This document shows positions 21,129 through 31,977 of a DNA stretch of 64,000 nt, piece by piece. The stretch lies in contig NZ_CP182357.1 of assembly GCF_048571275.1 (NCBI RefSeq), positions 1,142,125-1,206,124 on the forward strand. The letters run 5' to 3'. Position 1 is the stretch's first letter. Each line of letters begins with the position of its first letter. The DNA is from Candidatus Marinarcus sp. (GTDB taxonomy: Bacteria; Campylobacterota; Campylobacteria; Campylobacterales; Arcobacteraceae). The notes under the pieces are model-generated. The model was not told the origin of the DNA. It saw only the letters and a list, made by a program, of their open reading frames with translations, and did not search any database. Both the position numbers and the translations under genes were made by a program.

Positions 21129-22121
21129 ATGGCTTTAAAAGAAGATATTAACTTTTCACTTTGGTGTGATTTTATAGAGAGAGATTTTTTAGAAAACCAA
21201 TTTAAAAGTTTAATAAAAGATAAAATAATTCAAGGAGCAACGAGTAATCCTGCTATTTTTGAATCGGCAATTTCAAACTCAGTTGCATATCGACAACAAC
21301 TGGACATGCTTCAAGCCAACAGTGAAAAAAAGATTTATGAAGAGTTGGCCATTACTGATATTACAAGAGCTTCAGAGATTTTAGCCGATTTGCATAACAA
21401 TGATGCCGATGATGGATTTATCTCTATTGAAGTCGATCCTACTTTATGTGATGATGAAGAGGGAACGATTGAAGAGGGTGAGAGATTGTATAAAACCATT
21501 GGCAATGAGAATGTCATGATTAAAGTTCCTGCAACCAAAGCTGGCTATAAAGCCATGAAAGCGTTGACTGCCCAAGGGATTAATGTCAATGCGACATTGG
21601 TTTTTTCACCTGAACAAGCCATTGAGTGTACGAAAGCGTTGGATGCAGGAATTAAAGAGAGTAAGAAAGATATTAAAGCCGTGGTTTCTGTTTTTGTCAG
21701 TCGGTTAGATCGAATGTGTGATGCAGAATTTGAGTATAAAAAATTGCCAGTGACGCAATTGGGGATTATCAATGCTACAAAGTGTTATTATGAAGTCAAT
21801 AAATTTAAAAATAAAAATATCCGAACACTTTTTGCAAGTACGGGAGTTAAATCACCTGAATTGTCGCCAAGTTATTACGTGGATACCTTGATTTATCCAA
21901 ACTCAATTAACACAGCACCACTTGCAACAATTGAAAACTGGGTCAAAGATGGTTCTAAAAAACCAACTAAAATGATGAGTGAAGAGGAGTGTGATCTGTT
22001 TTTTGCAAAAGTTGCATCTGCAGGGGTAAATATTCAAAAAGTGTATGATGATTTATTAAATGATGGATTGGTGGCTTTTAAAGATTCATTTAAAGATTTA
22101 TTGTCAAAATTGGTATCGTAA
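21129..22121 (+). CDS. tal: Transaldolase
   Basis: GATSNPAIF; ISIEVDP; MIKVPAT; VNATLVFS; LFASTGVK. Confidence 0.93.
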   Translation: MALKEDINFSLWCDFIERDFLENQFKSLIKDKIIQGATSNPAIFESAISNSVAYRQQLDMLQANSEKKIYEELAITDITRASEILADLHNNDADDGFISIEVDPTLCDDEEGTIEEGERLYKTIGNENVMIKVPATKAGYKAMKALTAQGINVNATLVFSPEQAIECTKALDAGIKESKKDIKAVVSVFVSRLDRMCDAEFEYKKLPVTQLGIINATKCYYEVNKFKNKNIRTLFASTGVKSPELSPSYYVDTLIYPNSINTAPLATIENWVKDGSKKPTKMMSEEECDLFFAKVASAGVNIQKVYDDLLNDGLVAFKDSFKDLLSKLVS

Positions 22122-22207
22122 TTAAATCGTAACCAAGCCAACAGAATTAAGTAATAATCCGTTAGAATAGTTGCTTAAATGATTAAAATATATAAAAGGT
22201 ATTAAAA

Positions 22208-23560
22208 ATGAATAATTGGAATCCAAAAAGCTGGAGAGATTTTCCAATCAAACAACAACCAACTTATACAGATTTAGAAAAATTGGCCAAAGTGGAAGCC
22301 GAACTAAAATCATATCCACCGCTTATTTTTGCAGGAGAAGCCAGAAACTTAAAGCGTAAATTGGCCGATGCCGTTGCAGGGAAAGCATTTTTACTTCAAG
22401 GGGGAGATTGCGCGGAGTCATTTGATGCATTTAATGCCAATAATATTAAAAATCTTTTTAAAGTTATGATGCAAATGGCCGTTATTTTGACTTTTTCAGG
22501 CGGTTGTCCTGTAGTTAAAGTTGGACGAATTGCAGGACAATTTGCCAAACCAAGAAGTGATGATTTTGAAAACATTAATGGCATTGCGCTTCCTTCGTAT
22601 CGTGGTGACATTGTCAATTCGGTAAACTTTGATGAGAAATCACGCGCACCAAAAGCTAAAAAATTGTTAAAAGCATACAATCAAAGTGCTTCAACCTTAA
22701 ACCTTCTAAGAGCATTTTCAAGAGGAGGAATGGCAGATTTACACCAAGTACACTCTTGGAATTTGGATTTTATTCAAGATCATGCCTTGGGTGTAAAGTA
22801 TGATGAATTGGCGAATAAAATTTCAGAGACATTGGCATTTATGAAAGCGTGTGGAATCACCTCTGAAAATACTGCTCAACTCAAAGAGACTACACTTTAT
22901 ACCTCACATGAAGCATTGTTACTGAACTATGAAGAAGCATTAACAAGACAAGACTCTTTGACAGGAGATTGGTATGACTGTTCTGCCCATATGTTATGGA
23001 TTGGGGACAGAACAAGAGAACTTAATGGTGCACATGTTGAGTACTTTAAAGGGATTAAAAACCCAATTGGTTGTAAAGTAGGCCCTTCTATGAAAGAGGA
23101 TGAACTCTTAAAACTCATTGATACTTTAAACCCAGAAAATGAAGCGGGAAGATTAAACTTAATTGTACGAATGGGGGCAAATAAAGTGGGAGATATTTTC
23201 CCAAATCTTTTACGTAAAGTCAAAGCTGAAGGAAAAAATATATTGTGGTCGTGTGATCCAATGCATGGAAATACCATCAAAACAGACAACGGCTATAAAA
23301 CAAGAGATTTTGAATCAATTTTAGATGAAGTGAAACAATTTTTCCAAATTCACAATGCCGAAGGTACTGTTGCAGGTGGAATTCATCTTGAAATGACGGG
23401 ACAAAATGTAACTGAGTGTACAGGAAGTGCAAGTTCTGCTATTACGCAAGAAGGGCTTGCCAGCAGATACCATACTCAATGTGACCCAAGATTAAATGCC
23501 GACCAAGCGTTAGAGTTATCGTTTATGATTGCTGAAACGTTAAAAGAAGCCAGAAAATAA
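22208..23560 (+). CDS. Class II DAHP synthase
   Basis: LQGGDCAE; [11 protein letters not shown]; WIGDRTR; CDPMHGNT; CDPRLN. Confidence 0.93.
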   Translation: MNNWNPKSWRDFPIKQQPTYTDLEKLAKVEAELKSYPPLIFAGEARNLKRKLADAVAGKAFLLQGGDCAESFDAFNANNIKNLFKVMMQMAVILTFSGGCPVVKVGRIAGQFAKPRSDDFENINGIALPSYRGDIVNSVNFDEKSRAPKAKKLLKAYNQSASTLNLLRAFSRGGMADLHQVHSWNLDFIQDHALGVKYDELANKISETLAFMKACGITSENTAQLKETTLYTSHEALLLNYEEALTRQDSLTGDWYDCSAHMLWIGDRTRELNGAHVEYFKGIKNPIGCKVGPSMKEDELLKLIDTLNPENEAGRLNLIVRMGANKVGDIFPNLLRKVKAEGKNILWSCDPMHGNTIKTDNGYKTRDFESILDEVKQFFQIHNAEGTVAGGIHLEMTGQNVTECTGSASSAITQEGLASRYHTQCDPRLNADQALELSFMIAETLKEARK

Positions 23561-23568
23561 GAGTTAAA

Positions 23569-23602
23569 AAAAGGAAGAGAGTTCTTTTACTCTCTTCCTT
23601 TT
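23569..23602. terminator. Bidirectional intrinsic terminator
   Basis: AAAAGGAAGAGAGT-TCTTTT-ACTCTCTTCCTTTT between convergent genes. Confidence 0.85.
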
Positions 23603-23621
23603 AAGCTTCTTACTCAAGATG

Positions 23622-23963
23622 TTATAAAAAAGTTTTTTTATAAAGTGCTTCATCAAAAGCAACAATGAGTTTATCGTCAAACTCAATAACAGGTCGTTTA
23701 AATAACATCGGCTCTTTACATAACCATTCAAACTTTCCATCTTCATCTAAGTTTAACTCTTTGAGTTGAAGGGTTTTATATTTAGTACCTTTTGAATTAA
23801 AAAGCACATTGATATCAGATTTTTCAACCCAAGATTTTACCACCTCAGAAGAGGGTGTCTCTTTTTTAAAATCAAAAAAATTCACATCTATATTATGGTC
23901 TTTAAAAAATTTTAGCGCTTTTTGAACACTGCCGCATGTTTTGATTCCATAAACTGTTATCAT
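23622..23963 (-). CDS. ArsC/Spx/YffB family protein
   Basis: YGIKTCGSVQKAL; LFKRPVIE. Confidence 0.85.
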   Translation of the reverse strand: MITVYGIKTCGSVQKALKFFKDHNIDVNFFDFKKETPSSEVVKSWVEKSDINVLFNSKGTKYKTLQLKELNLDEDGKFEWLCKEPMLFKRPVIEFDDKLIVAFDEALYKKTFL

Positions 23964-23972
23964 AATAAAGCC

Positions 23973-24263
23973 TTACTCGATAATTTTTGGAACGATGAAA
24001 AAGCCATCTTCACTTTTTGGCGCATGGTTAACAATATGGCTTGAGACATCTAAATCTTGAATGGCAACATCTTCTCTTAAAGGTGTTCCCCCTTCAACGG
24101 TCGTAAATGTTGCTTCAATGTGGCTGACATCAATTTCATTGAGATTTTCTACGAAGTTAATAATATCTCCCAGTTCACTTTTTAGACTCTCTTTTTTAGA
24201 ATCATCTATGTGTAAACTGGAGAGTTTTGCTAATTTATCAATTGTTTTATCATCTATTGTCAT
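23973..24263 (-). CDS. gatC: Asp/Glu-tRNA amidotransferase subunit C
   Basis: KLAKLSSL; TPLRED; FIVPKIIE. Confidence 0.92.
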   Translation of the reverse strand: MTIDDKTIDKLAKLSSLHIDDSKKESLKSELGDIINFVENLNEIDVSHIEATFTTVEGGTPLREDVAIQDLDVSSHIVNHAPKSEDGFFIVPKIIE

Positions 24264-24324
24264 TTTTTTCCTTTATACGTTTCGTATAATTATTGAGATT
24301 CGATTATATCAAAAGTGAGTTTCG

Positions 24325-25455
24325 TTAATCTTTAACCACACTTCGTTTGGCATAGAACTCTTTTTTAAATTCTGGCCATCTTTGCTCCAAAATAGCAGCA
24401 CGCGCCTCTTTCATCAGATTTAAATAGTAGTAAATATTGTGAATTGAACCCAATCTGAAATAGGTGATTTCTCCTGCTCGAAAGAGATGATTTAAGTAGG
24501 CTTTGGTGAAATTTTGGCACGTATAACATCCACACGCTTCATCTATGGGTGTCTCATCTTCCTTGAAGTGGGCATTTTTAATATTGACTCGTCCAAAGGT
24601 GGTAAAAAGTGTTCCATTTCGGGCATTTCTTGTGGGCATAACACAATCAAACATATCCACACCTCGGTCAATATTTTCAATCAAATCTTCAGGTGTTCCC
24701 ACCCCCATAAGGTATCGCGGTTTATCTTGAGGCATAAATTGTGTTGTCCACTCAACGGTGTCATACATATCATGATTGGTCTCTCCTACACTCAATCCTC
24801 CAATGGCAAAACCATCGTAATCGGTAAGAGCACAAAGCTGCTCGGCACTGAGTTTTCTGAACTCTTTGTCGGTTCCTCCTTGAATGATGGCAAAAATGTT
24901 TTGATTGACTCCTATGCCTTTTTCTTGTTGGCTTTTGTGATACGTAATTGCCTCTTTTGCCCAAGCTGTCGTTCTTTCGATGGAGAGTTTAATTCGCTCT
25001 TTCGTATTTGGTAAGGCAACTAAATCATCTAAAATCATCATAATATCACTGCCTAAGTCATATTGCGTATCCAAAACACTTTGTGGAGTAAAGTAGTGTT
25101 TGCTTCCATCAATGTGTGATTTAAACATGATGCCGTTTTCATCTGGTTTTGAGTTATCACTCAATGAAAATGCTTGGAATCCACCTGAGTCTGTTAAAAA
25201 TGAGTTGGGAAATTTTGAAAAGCCATGCAGACCTCCAAATTTTTTCACTGTTTTGCTTCCTGGGCGTAAATAGAGGTGATAGGTGTTTCCTAAAATGATT
25301 TGAGCGCCAAGGCTGAGCATATCATTGGCATCAAGCGCTTTGACCGTTCCTTGAGTTCCTACGGGCATAAAAACAGGGGTTTGTATGGTACTGTGTGCAG
25401 TAACAATGGTACATGCTCTGGCTTTGTTTTGTGTTGCATCGATTTTGAATTGCAT
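24325..25455 (-). CDS. tgt: Queuine tRNA-ribosyltransferase
   Basis: TPVFMPVGT; [10 protein letters not shown]; TDSGGFQ; [15 protein letters not shown]; zinc CGCYTC. Confidence 0.97.
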   Translation of the reverse strand: MQFKIDATQNKARACTIVTAHSTIQTPVFMPVGTQGTVKALDANDMLSLGAQIILGNTYHLYLRPGSKTVKKFGGLHGFSKFPNSFLTDSGGFQAFSLSDNSKPDENGIMFKSHIDGSKHYFTPQSVLDTQYDLGSDIMMILDDLVALPNTKERIKLSIERTTAWAKEAITYHKSQQEKGIGVNQNIFAIIQGGTDKEFRKLSAEQLCALTDYDGFAIGGLSVGETNHDMYDTVEWTTQFMPQDKPRYLMGVGTPEDLIENIDRGVDMFDCVMPTRNARNGTLFTTFGRVNIKNAHFKEDETPIDEACGCYTCQNFTKAYLNHLFRAGEITYFRLGSIHNIYYYLNLMKEARAAILEQRWPEFKKEFYAKRSVVKD

Positions 25456-25595
25456 TGAAAAAAATATCCTTTGATTAACTAAAATGCAATTGTATCAAAA
25501 AGTTCATGTGTAATAAATTTAGTCGTTAAGACTATATTTTTAAAATATAGATTCTTTTCAAAGAGTTATCATCTTATTTGGCTATAATATCCGTC

Positions 25596-27020
25596 ATGAA
25601 AAAAATATTAGTTATATTAGATGGCATTGTTGCTAAGAAATTATTACATAGAATTGTTGAAGCCAATACAGGAGAAAATTACTACGATGTAATATACATC
25701 AATGATTTAATTATGCCTGCAAAAAAACCTTCCAATTTTACCTTTTACAAGTTTGATCCCACCTCTTTTTCAAAGTTAGGTATGGTCTTAGATAAAAATG
25801 TACACACCGAAGCATTGATTGCGTTAAATTCAAAAGATGAAATGCTGAATGTCATTGATAATATCAAACGAAAAAAAGCCAATATGCAGATGAATATATT
25901 GGATTATTGGGGCATTGAACTTAAAGACCCTAAAGTCAATATTTATAAAGGCATAGATGTTTTAGCCAATGGTATGATTGAAAGATTACCTAATATTCCG
26001 GTTGTTGCACAAAATATTGGATTGCGACAGGGTGAAATTATGGAGATAAGAATTCCTTTTGGAAGCTCTTATGCTTATAGATACATAGGATCAATTGAAC
26101 AAGTTGAGTGGAAAATTTTTGGACTTTATCGCAATGACCGATTGATCAGTGTAAAACCTTCATTGATTTTAAAACCCAATGATGTGATTTTAATTATTGG
26201 GAAACCCAAAGTTCTCATGCAAGTCTATAATGCTATTTCAAAAAATGAGGGACAATTCCCTATGCCATTTGGGCACAACATTTATCTCTATTTGGATCTG
26301 TATTTACAAAAAGAGTCAGAAGTCATTAAGGCCGTTAAAGAGGCAAAGTTTTTGCACGAAAGATTAAAAAACAGATCATTAATCGTAAAAGTTACGCGAC
26401 CAACGAATGCTTTGATTATGAATGAAATTAAAGAAGAACTCATGGGAGATGGCAGTATCATTTTAGATATAGATTATCAAAATGTAGGGTTTAAAAAAAT
26501 CATCACAACCGATATTAAGCGGCATGACGTAGGGGTGTTTATGCTCTCTTATGAACTGTTCTCCAATAAAAAAGAGTTAAAAGATTTAATCAATTTACGA
26601 ATTCCTATTTTAAAACTGGGATTGGATAAAATTGAGACCATTAAAGAGACCGTTGTTCTTTTAGATGATAAAAAATCGTATGAACAAATTTCGCCTTTAG
26701 TGTTCGATATTTCTGCTCAGTTAAAAACAAAAACAAAGATTTTTAACCTTGATCCCATCGGGGATGATAACAACAGTGATATTTTAAACCACTTTGAAAA
26801 CTTGGCTAAAATCTTTAATCAAAAAATTGAAATCATCAATGATGAGAAAAACCCCATCCGTGTCTTAAAAGAGCAACGCAATGTGTTACAAATCATGCCT
26901 TTGAAACAAGCCATGTTTAAAAACAGATATTTTTATGAATTTTTCTATACCAACTCTGATTTGGTTGCTTTTGATTTAACACGCTTCAACCAACTGCTTA
27001 TACCTATTGTTGAAGAATAA
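25596..27020 (+). CDS. COG3400-like protein with RCK_C/TrkA-C domain
   Basis: GEIMEIRIPFGSSYAYR and LILKPNDVILIIG resemble TrkA-C; probable ATG at 25596 (track gives 25578). Confidence 0.6.
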   Translation: MKKILVILDGIVAKKLLHRIVEANTGENYYDVIYINDLIMPAKKPSNFTFYKFDPTSFSKLGMVLDKNVHTEALIALNSKDEMLNVIDNIKRKKANMQMNILDYWGIELKDPKVNIYKGIDVLANGMIERLPNIPVVAQNIGLRQGEIMEIRIPFGSSYAYRYIGSIEQVEWKIFGLYRNDRLISVKPSLILKPNDVILIIGKPKVLMQVYNAISKNEGQFPMPFGHNIYLYLDLYLQKESEVIKAVKEAKFLHERLKNRSLIVKVTRPTNALIMNEIKEELMGDGSIILDIDYQNVGFKKIITTDIKRHDVGVFMLSYELFSNKKELKDLINLRIPILKLGLDKIETIKETVVLLDDKKSYEQISPLVFDISAQLKTKTKIFNLDPIGDDNNSDILNHFENLAKIFNQKIEIINDEKNPIRVLKEQRNVLQIMPLKQAMFKNRYFYEFFYTNSDLVAFDLTRFNQLLIPIVEE

Positions 27021-27047
27021 AATATTTATACCCTATAAAGGAAACAG

Positions 27048-28178
27048 ATGAATTTTGAAACGTATCCGTTTGAAAAATTGAATGAATTGTTGGAGAATAT
27101 TGTTCCCAACAATCAATATACATTGAGTTCACTTACCATTGGAGAACCGCAATTTAACACACCTTTGTTTATACAAAAAAGTTTACAAGAGAGCAGTTCG
27201 TTATTAAACAAATATCCAAAAACAATTGGTGAAGAGTATTTAAAAGAGTCTATGCTCAATTTTGTTACAACACGATTTGGCGTTCAATTGAACAAAGAGC
27301 AACTCATTCCTACGTTTGGTACAAGAGAAGTGCTTTTTAACTTTCCCCAATTTTATCTCTTTGATACAAAAAATCCTGTTATGGCATTTACCAACCCTTT
27401 TTATCAAATTTATGAAGGGGCAGCCATTGCGAGCCGAGCAGAGATTATTCATATTAATTTAACCAAAGAGAACAATTTTCAACCCATTTTAAGTGATGAA
27501 GAGTTGAAAAAATGTGATTTAGTGATTTTAAACTATCCCAATAATCCAACGTCGGCAAATATTGGTTTAGATGATTTGGTGTTGTGGGTGAAAAAAGCGT
27601 TAGAGTTTGATTTTGTATTGATCAACGATGAGTGTTACAGTGAAATCTATTTTGATGAAAATAAAAAACCACACTCACTTTTAGAAGCCTCTATAAAAGC
27701 CGGCAACAGTGAGTTTAAAAATGTATTGGTCATGAACTCTATTTCAAAACGAAGCAGTGCCCCAGGATTGAGAAGTGGCTTTATTGCAGGTGATGCAAAA
27801 ATCTTAGAAGAGTATTTAAAATACAGAACCTATGTGGGGTGTGCCTCTCCTGTGCCATTACAACGAGCCAGTGCAGATGCGTGGAACGATGAAGCTCATG
27901 TAAAAGAGTTCAGAAAAACCTATAAAAAGAATTTTGAAATAGCCAAAGAGCTTTTGGGGGTAGAAATTCCCGATGCTACTTTTTATATTTGGCTTGAAGT
28001 TGAAGATGAGTTGGCTTTTACAAAAGCGTTATACCAAGAAAAAAATATCAAAGTTTTGCCAGGAAGTTTTTTAGGACGAAATGGAATGGGAAGAGGGTAT
28101 GTCCGAATTGCATTGGTTGAAAATGAAGAAAAAACAAGAGAAGTATTAACACGATTGAAGGATTTTATTCATGGATAA
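27048..28178 (+). CDS. dapC: PLP class I/II aminotransferase, succinyldiaminopimelate type
   Basis: LTIGEPQF; NYPNNPT; DECYSEIY; NSISKRSSAPGLRSG. Confidence 0.8.
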   Translation: MNFETYPFEKLNELLENIVPNNQYTLSSLTIGEPQFNTPLFIQKSLQESSSLLNKYPKTIGEEYLKESMLNFVTTRFGVQLNKEQLIPTFGTREVLFNFPQFYLFDTKNPVMAFTNPFYQIYEGAAIASRAEIIHINLTKENNFQPILSDEELKKCDLVILNYPNNPTSANIGLDDLVLWVKKALEFDFVLINDECYSEIYFDENKKPHSLLEASIKAGNSEFKNVLVMNSISKRSSAPGLRSGFIAGDAKILEEYLKYRTYVGCASPVPLQRASADAWNDEAHVKEFRKTYKKNFEIAKELLGVEIPDATFYIWLEVEDELAFTKALYQEKNIKVLPGSFLGRNGMGRGYVRIALVENEEKTREVLTRLKDFIHG

Positions 28179-28749
28179 AGCTGAATTACACGAAGCTCGA
28201 ACCAACCCAGAATTTTTAAACTATTTAGAACAAACACGAGTTGATGCGATCAAAAGTGAGAATATTTCAGCACTGTATGAAGTTCTTGATTCCATGCTAA
28301 TATTGGATTTAGATGAAGAGAAAATCAACAATGTTTATGAGAATATTTTAAAAATATCGTTTGAACGCATTGAAACCATTGTGAATGGTGGGAAAAAACT
28401 GAAACTGGAAAAAGATGAGCTTTTATATATTCGGTCATTCTATGAACATGCCATTGAAAAATGGAGTTATAATGATTTTTCAGGTGCAAAAGAGTTCTTT
28501 TTTCTTTTAAGCAATATTGTTGAAGATGAACATCTCGTTGGGGCAATCAATGTACATCTGGTTGCTTGTTCAAAAGAGATGGACATGGAGAGCTTTTATG
28601 AAAACAGTGTAGATGTTAATGTGATGGATTTAGAAGAGAGATATGGCTATTTTATCGTGAATTTTACGTTTGATATTCAAACATTTTTAGCGCAAAATGA
28701 TGCGATATTAAAGCGTGAATTTGAAAATTTAAAACACTTATTGGATTAA
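28171..28749 (+). CDS. Hypothetical protein
   Basis: 192-aa ORF coupled between dapC and murC. Confidence 0.75.
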   Translation: MDKAELHEARTNPEFLNYLEQTRVDAIKSENISALYEVLDSMLILDLDEEKINNVYENILKISFERIETIVNGGKKLKLEKDELLYIRSFYEHAIEKWSYNDFSGAKEFFFLLSNIVEDEHLVGAINVHLVACSKEMDMESFYENSVDVNVMDLEERYGYFIVNFTFDIQTFLAQNDAILKREFENLKHLLD

Positions 28750-28751
28750 TA

Positions 28752-30050
28752 ATGAAAGTACATTTTATTGGAATTGGTGGTATAGGTCTTTCGGCACTGG
28801 CACGTTTTTTAAAATATGACGGACACAGCGTTACGGGTTCAGATATTAAAGAGTCACCTTTAATCCAAGAGTTAAGAGGTGAGGGCATTGAAATTACGAT
28901 TCCTCATAGTGCCAGTGCCATAAACAGTCAAGATATGGTGATTTATTCTGCTGCTGTTAAACAATGCAATGTGGAAATCATTGAAGCAGCAAGACACAAC
29001 ATTCAATCCAAATCAAGAAAAGAGGCATTGCCTTTTATTTTGGGCAACAAAAAGAACTATTGTGTAGCTGGTGCACATGGAAAAAGTACCACTACTGCAA
29101 TTTTAGCTTCGATTTTACAATCCTCAGCACTCATTGGTGCAATTTCAAAGGAGTTTGACTCAAATTTTAGGTATCAAAATGATTTGGTTGCCTTTGAAGC
29201 CGATGAGAGTGATGCGAGTTTTCTCCTTTCCAACCCGTATTGTGCCATTGTTACGAATGCAGAACCTGAACATATGGAATATTACAATCATGATTTAAAA
29301 CGGTTCTATGGAGCATATGAGCAGTTTTTAAAAATGGCTAAGGTAAGAGTCATTAACGCTGAAGATGAGTTTTTAAACACCTTAGAGGACTTAGAAGCCA
29401 TTCGTTTATATCCTACAACGGACATTAAAGATATCTCTTTTACCCTTAAAAACGGTGAACCTTATACCACATTTGATTTAAAAGATTTGGGTACTTTTGA
29501 AGTGTGGGGATTTGGACATCATATTGCGCTTGATGCCTCTTTGGCTATTCTTGCCGCACTCAATGAAATTGGTTTGGATGAAATTAAAGAGAATTTGACA
29601 AAATACAAAGGAATTAAAAAACGATTTGATATTGTGCAAAAAACCAATGGTTTGGTGGTGATTGATGATTATGCGCATCATCCAACAGAGATCAAAGCCA
29701 CCATTAAATCGGTCAGTTTGTACAGCAATTTAAAAGACATGAATAACACCGTGGTCATTTGGCAACCCCATAAATATTCGCGTACCATTGATAACTTAGC
29801 AGAGTTTAAAGAGTGTTTTAAAGGGTGCGATGAGTTGATTATTCTTCCTGTATACAGTGCAGGTGAAGAGCTCATTGAGATTGATTTTGCCAAAGAGTTT
29901 GAAAAATATAATCCCGTTTTTGCACAAAAGATAATCTCAAAAAAAGGGATGGTGCAAATTATTAAAGATGATAAAATTCTAAAAACCTATCAGCATGGTT
30001 TGATTGTTGGTGTGGGAGCGGGAGATATTACCTATCAATTAAGACCTTAG
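28752..30050 (+). CDS. murC: UDP-N-acetylmuramate--L-alanine ligase
   Basis: HFIGIGGIGLS; AGAHGKSTTT; EADESD; DDYAHHPTE; WQPHKYSRT. Confidence 0.96.
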   Translation: MKVHFIGIGGIGLSALARFLKYDGHSVTGSDIKESPLIQELRGEGIEITIPHSASAINSQDMVIYSAAVKQCNVEIIEAARHNIQSKSRKEALPFILGNKKNYCVAGAHGKSTTTAILASILQSSALIGAISKEFDSNFRYQNDLVAFEADESDASFLLSNPYCAIVTNAEPEHMEYYNHDLKRFYGAYEQFLKMAKVRVINAEDEFLNTLEDLEAIRLYPTTDIKDISFTLKNGEPYTTFDLKDLGTFEVWGFGHHIALDASLAILAALNEIGLDEIKENLTKYKGIKKRFDIVQKTNGLVVIDDYAHHPTEIKATIKSVSLYSNLKDMNNTVVIWQPHKYSRTIDNLAEFKECFKGCDELIILPVYSAGEELIEIDFAKEFEKYNPVFAQKIISKKGMVQIIKDDKILKTYQHGLIVGVGAGDITYQLRP

Positions 30051-30105
30051 TTGAAATAAATTCAAAATCGTTGTAAGATAAAGAAGCTATTTTAAAAGGA
30101 TTAAT

Positions 30106-31293
30106 GTGCGAATTTTGGTCAGAGAGTTTATCAAAAAAGAGTCATCGGCGGGGCTTATCCTTATTGGTGTTACGCTCCTTGCCTTAATTTTTAAAAACTC
30201 TTTTTTGTCTGAATACTACAATAACATTTTACAAACGAATGTGACCATAAGCGTGGGTGAAATGCTTGAACTGAATAAGCCCATTTTTTTATGGATCAAT
30301 GATGGGTTAATGGCTCTGTTTTTTCTTTTAATTGGACTTGAAATTAAAAGAGAACTGCTTACGGGACATCTGTCAAGTTTTAAACAGATTGCTTTGCCGG
30401 GTTTTGCCGCTTTAGGTGGTATGCTTTTCCCTGCACTGATTTTTATATTTTTTAATTATGATAACAACTTTGCCTTGCGTGGTTGGGCGATTCCAACGGC
30501 TACGGATATTGCTTTTGCTTTGGGAATTTTGTCTTTGTTGGGTAAGCGAATTCCTGTCTCATTGAAAGTGTTTTTAATGGCATTGGCCATCATTGATGAC
30601 ATTGGTGCTATTGTGATTATATCTATTTTTTACACCTCAGAGTTGTCATATCTCTCTCTTTTATTGGCAGGTGTTTTTTTTGCCATTTTATTGCTGATGA
30701 ATAAAATCAATATTGTACGCATTACAGCATATATTATTATTGGAATATTTCTCTGGATTGCCGTTTTAAAATCGGGAGTTCATGCGACACTTGCTGGAAT
30801 TATTTTGGCATTTACCATCCCTTTAAATGTTAAAATTGAAGAACAAAAACATATCTCTCCCGCAAGAATATTGGAAAAAAATCTGCATTTTTGGGTGGCG
30901 TATTATATTTTGCCCATTTTTGCATTTATGAATGCCGGTGTGGATTTAATGAATATTGATTTTAATGATGTCATAAACCCTGTTTCAATGGGTATTATTA
31001 TGGGATTGTTTTTGGGTAAACAAATGGGGGTAATGTTGTTTGTTTTTCTGGCAGTTAAATTCAACATTGCACAGCTTCCAAAGTGTGCTACTTGGACTCA
31101 AATGTATGGCATTGCAGTATTAACAGGGATTGGATTTACCATGAGTTTTTTTATTGACTCTTTGGCGTATGATGATTCAAATATGTTTTTGCATACGGAT
31201 AAATTGGCTATTTTAGTAGGCTCAATTCTCTCTGGAATAGTAGGTTATACGATTTTACGATATGCAAAAAAGAGAAAGTTGTGTGCCATTTAA
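30106..31293 (+). CDS. nhaA: Na+/H+ antiporter NhaA
   Basis: WINDGLMALFF; GWAIPTATDIAF; AIIDD; SGVHAT; GIGFTMS. Confidence 0.96.
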   Translation: MRILVREFIKKESSAGLILIGVTLLALIFKNSFLSEYYNNILQTNVTISVGEMLELNKPIFLWINDGLMALFFLLIGLEIKRELLTGHLSSFKQIALPGFAALGGMLFPALIFIFFNYDNNFALRGWAIPTATDIAFALGILSLLGKRIPVSLKVFLMALAIIDDIGAIVIISIFYTSELSYLSLLLAGVFFAILLLMNKINIVRITAYIIIGIFLWIAVLKSGVHATLAGIILAFTIPLNVKIEEQKHISPARILEKNLHFWVAYYILPIFAFMNAGVDLMNIDFNDVINPVSMGIIMGLFLGKQMGVMLFVFLAVKFNIAQLPKCATWTQMYGIAVLTGIGFTMSFFIDSLAYDDSNMFLHTDKLAILVGSILSGIVGYTILRYAKKRKLCAI

Positions 31294-31797
31294 GGCAGAT
31301 AAATTTTCCCATTTAAGATTTTTATTTTTCCCTCTAATTCATAAACAAATGTTTTTTCAGCATAATTTTTGATGGCCTCGTCGTAGTTGGGATTGTTTTT
31401 ACAATACTCTAAAAACGCATCTTTTTCTTGGCAAAGGGTATGTCCTGATAGTTCCATAACAAACTCATCTATATCATAAATGGCTTGGGCTAAACCCTCT
31501 TTTAAAAGCTGGTTGGTTCCTGCACTTTGATTAATTTGGTGAGGCAAAACATAAATTTTTTTGTTCATATTTAAAGCAAACTCTACGCTTCTCATGCTGC
31601 CACTGTTTAAATCGGCTTGCGTTACAATTAAAATATCTCCTAAAGCTACAACGATTTCATTGCGTGCTACAAAACTCCATGGAGTTGCAAGAAAATCTGC
31701 ATCATACGCACTTAAAATCAACCCCTCTTGTTCAATGGCTGCAATGAGTTTTTTATTTGTAGCAGGGTACTTTGTATGTAAACCACAGGGACTGACC
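31290..31797 (-). pseudogene. dprA: dprA 3' fragment, separated from its 5' part by the transposon
   Basis: Reads (V)SPCGLHTKYPATNKKLIAAIEQEGLILSAY..WSFVARNEIVVALG..ADLNSGSM; joins in frame with the 50267-50537 fragment. Confidence 0.93.
31793..31797 (+). repeat. 5-bp target-site duplication TGACC (left copy)
   Basis: Identical TGACC at 50267-50271, each directly flanking the terminal TGT/ACA. Confidence 0.95.
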
Positions 31798-31843
31798 TGT
31801 CATATACAAAAACAAACTTAACTCTAAATCACAATATTTAGCC
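31798..31843 (+). repeat. tnsA-proximal transposon end with putative TnsB sites
   Basis: TGTCATAT, then ACAAAAACAAACTTAACT (31806-31823), then a degenerate copy 20 bp on (31826-31843, 11/18 match to the right-end site). Confidence 0.85.
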
Positions 31844-31942
31844 AGTCTTGAAAGATTTCCAACATTAATTAAGTTAAATAGATTATATTAAAAAGGTTAA
31901 ATAAATTGAAAAATATACAAAATAAATTAAACATCCTATCTA

Positions 31943-31971
31943 TTGTAAATCTTGACGAGATTTTATATAAT
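31943..31971 (+). promoter_or_regulatory. Putative sigma70 promoter for a leaderless tnsA transcript
   Basis: TTGTAA-17 nt-TATAAT ending 6 nt before ATG 31978; no Shine-Dalgarno in between. Confidence 0.55.
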
Positions 31972-31977
31972 TTAGAT

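Noticed and set aside
30106-31293. nhaA or the cytochrome c peroxidase (50666-51688) as transposon cargo
   Set aside because: Both lie outside the TSD-defined boundaries
31290-31721. 143-aa ORF as an independent SMF-like gene
   Set aside because: It is the dprA 3' fragment; the frame continues to the junction at 31797
31906-31977. Longer TnsA start (TTG 31906) in the ORF track
   Set aside because: The extension has no TnsA-like sequence and covers a good promoter; ATG 31978 gives the typical N-terminus
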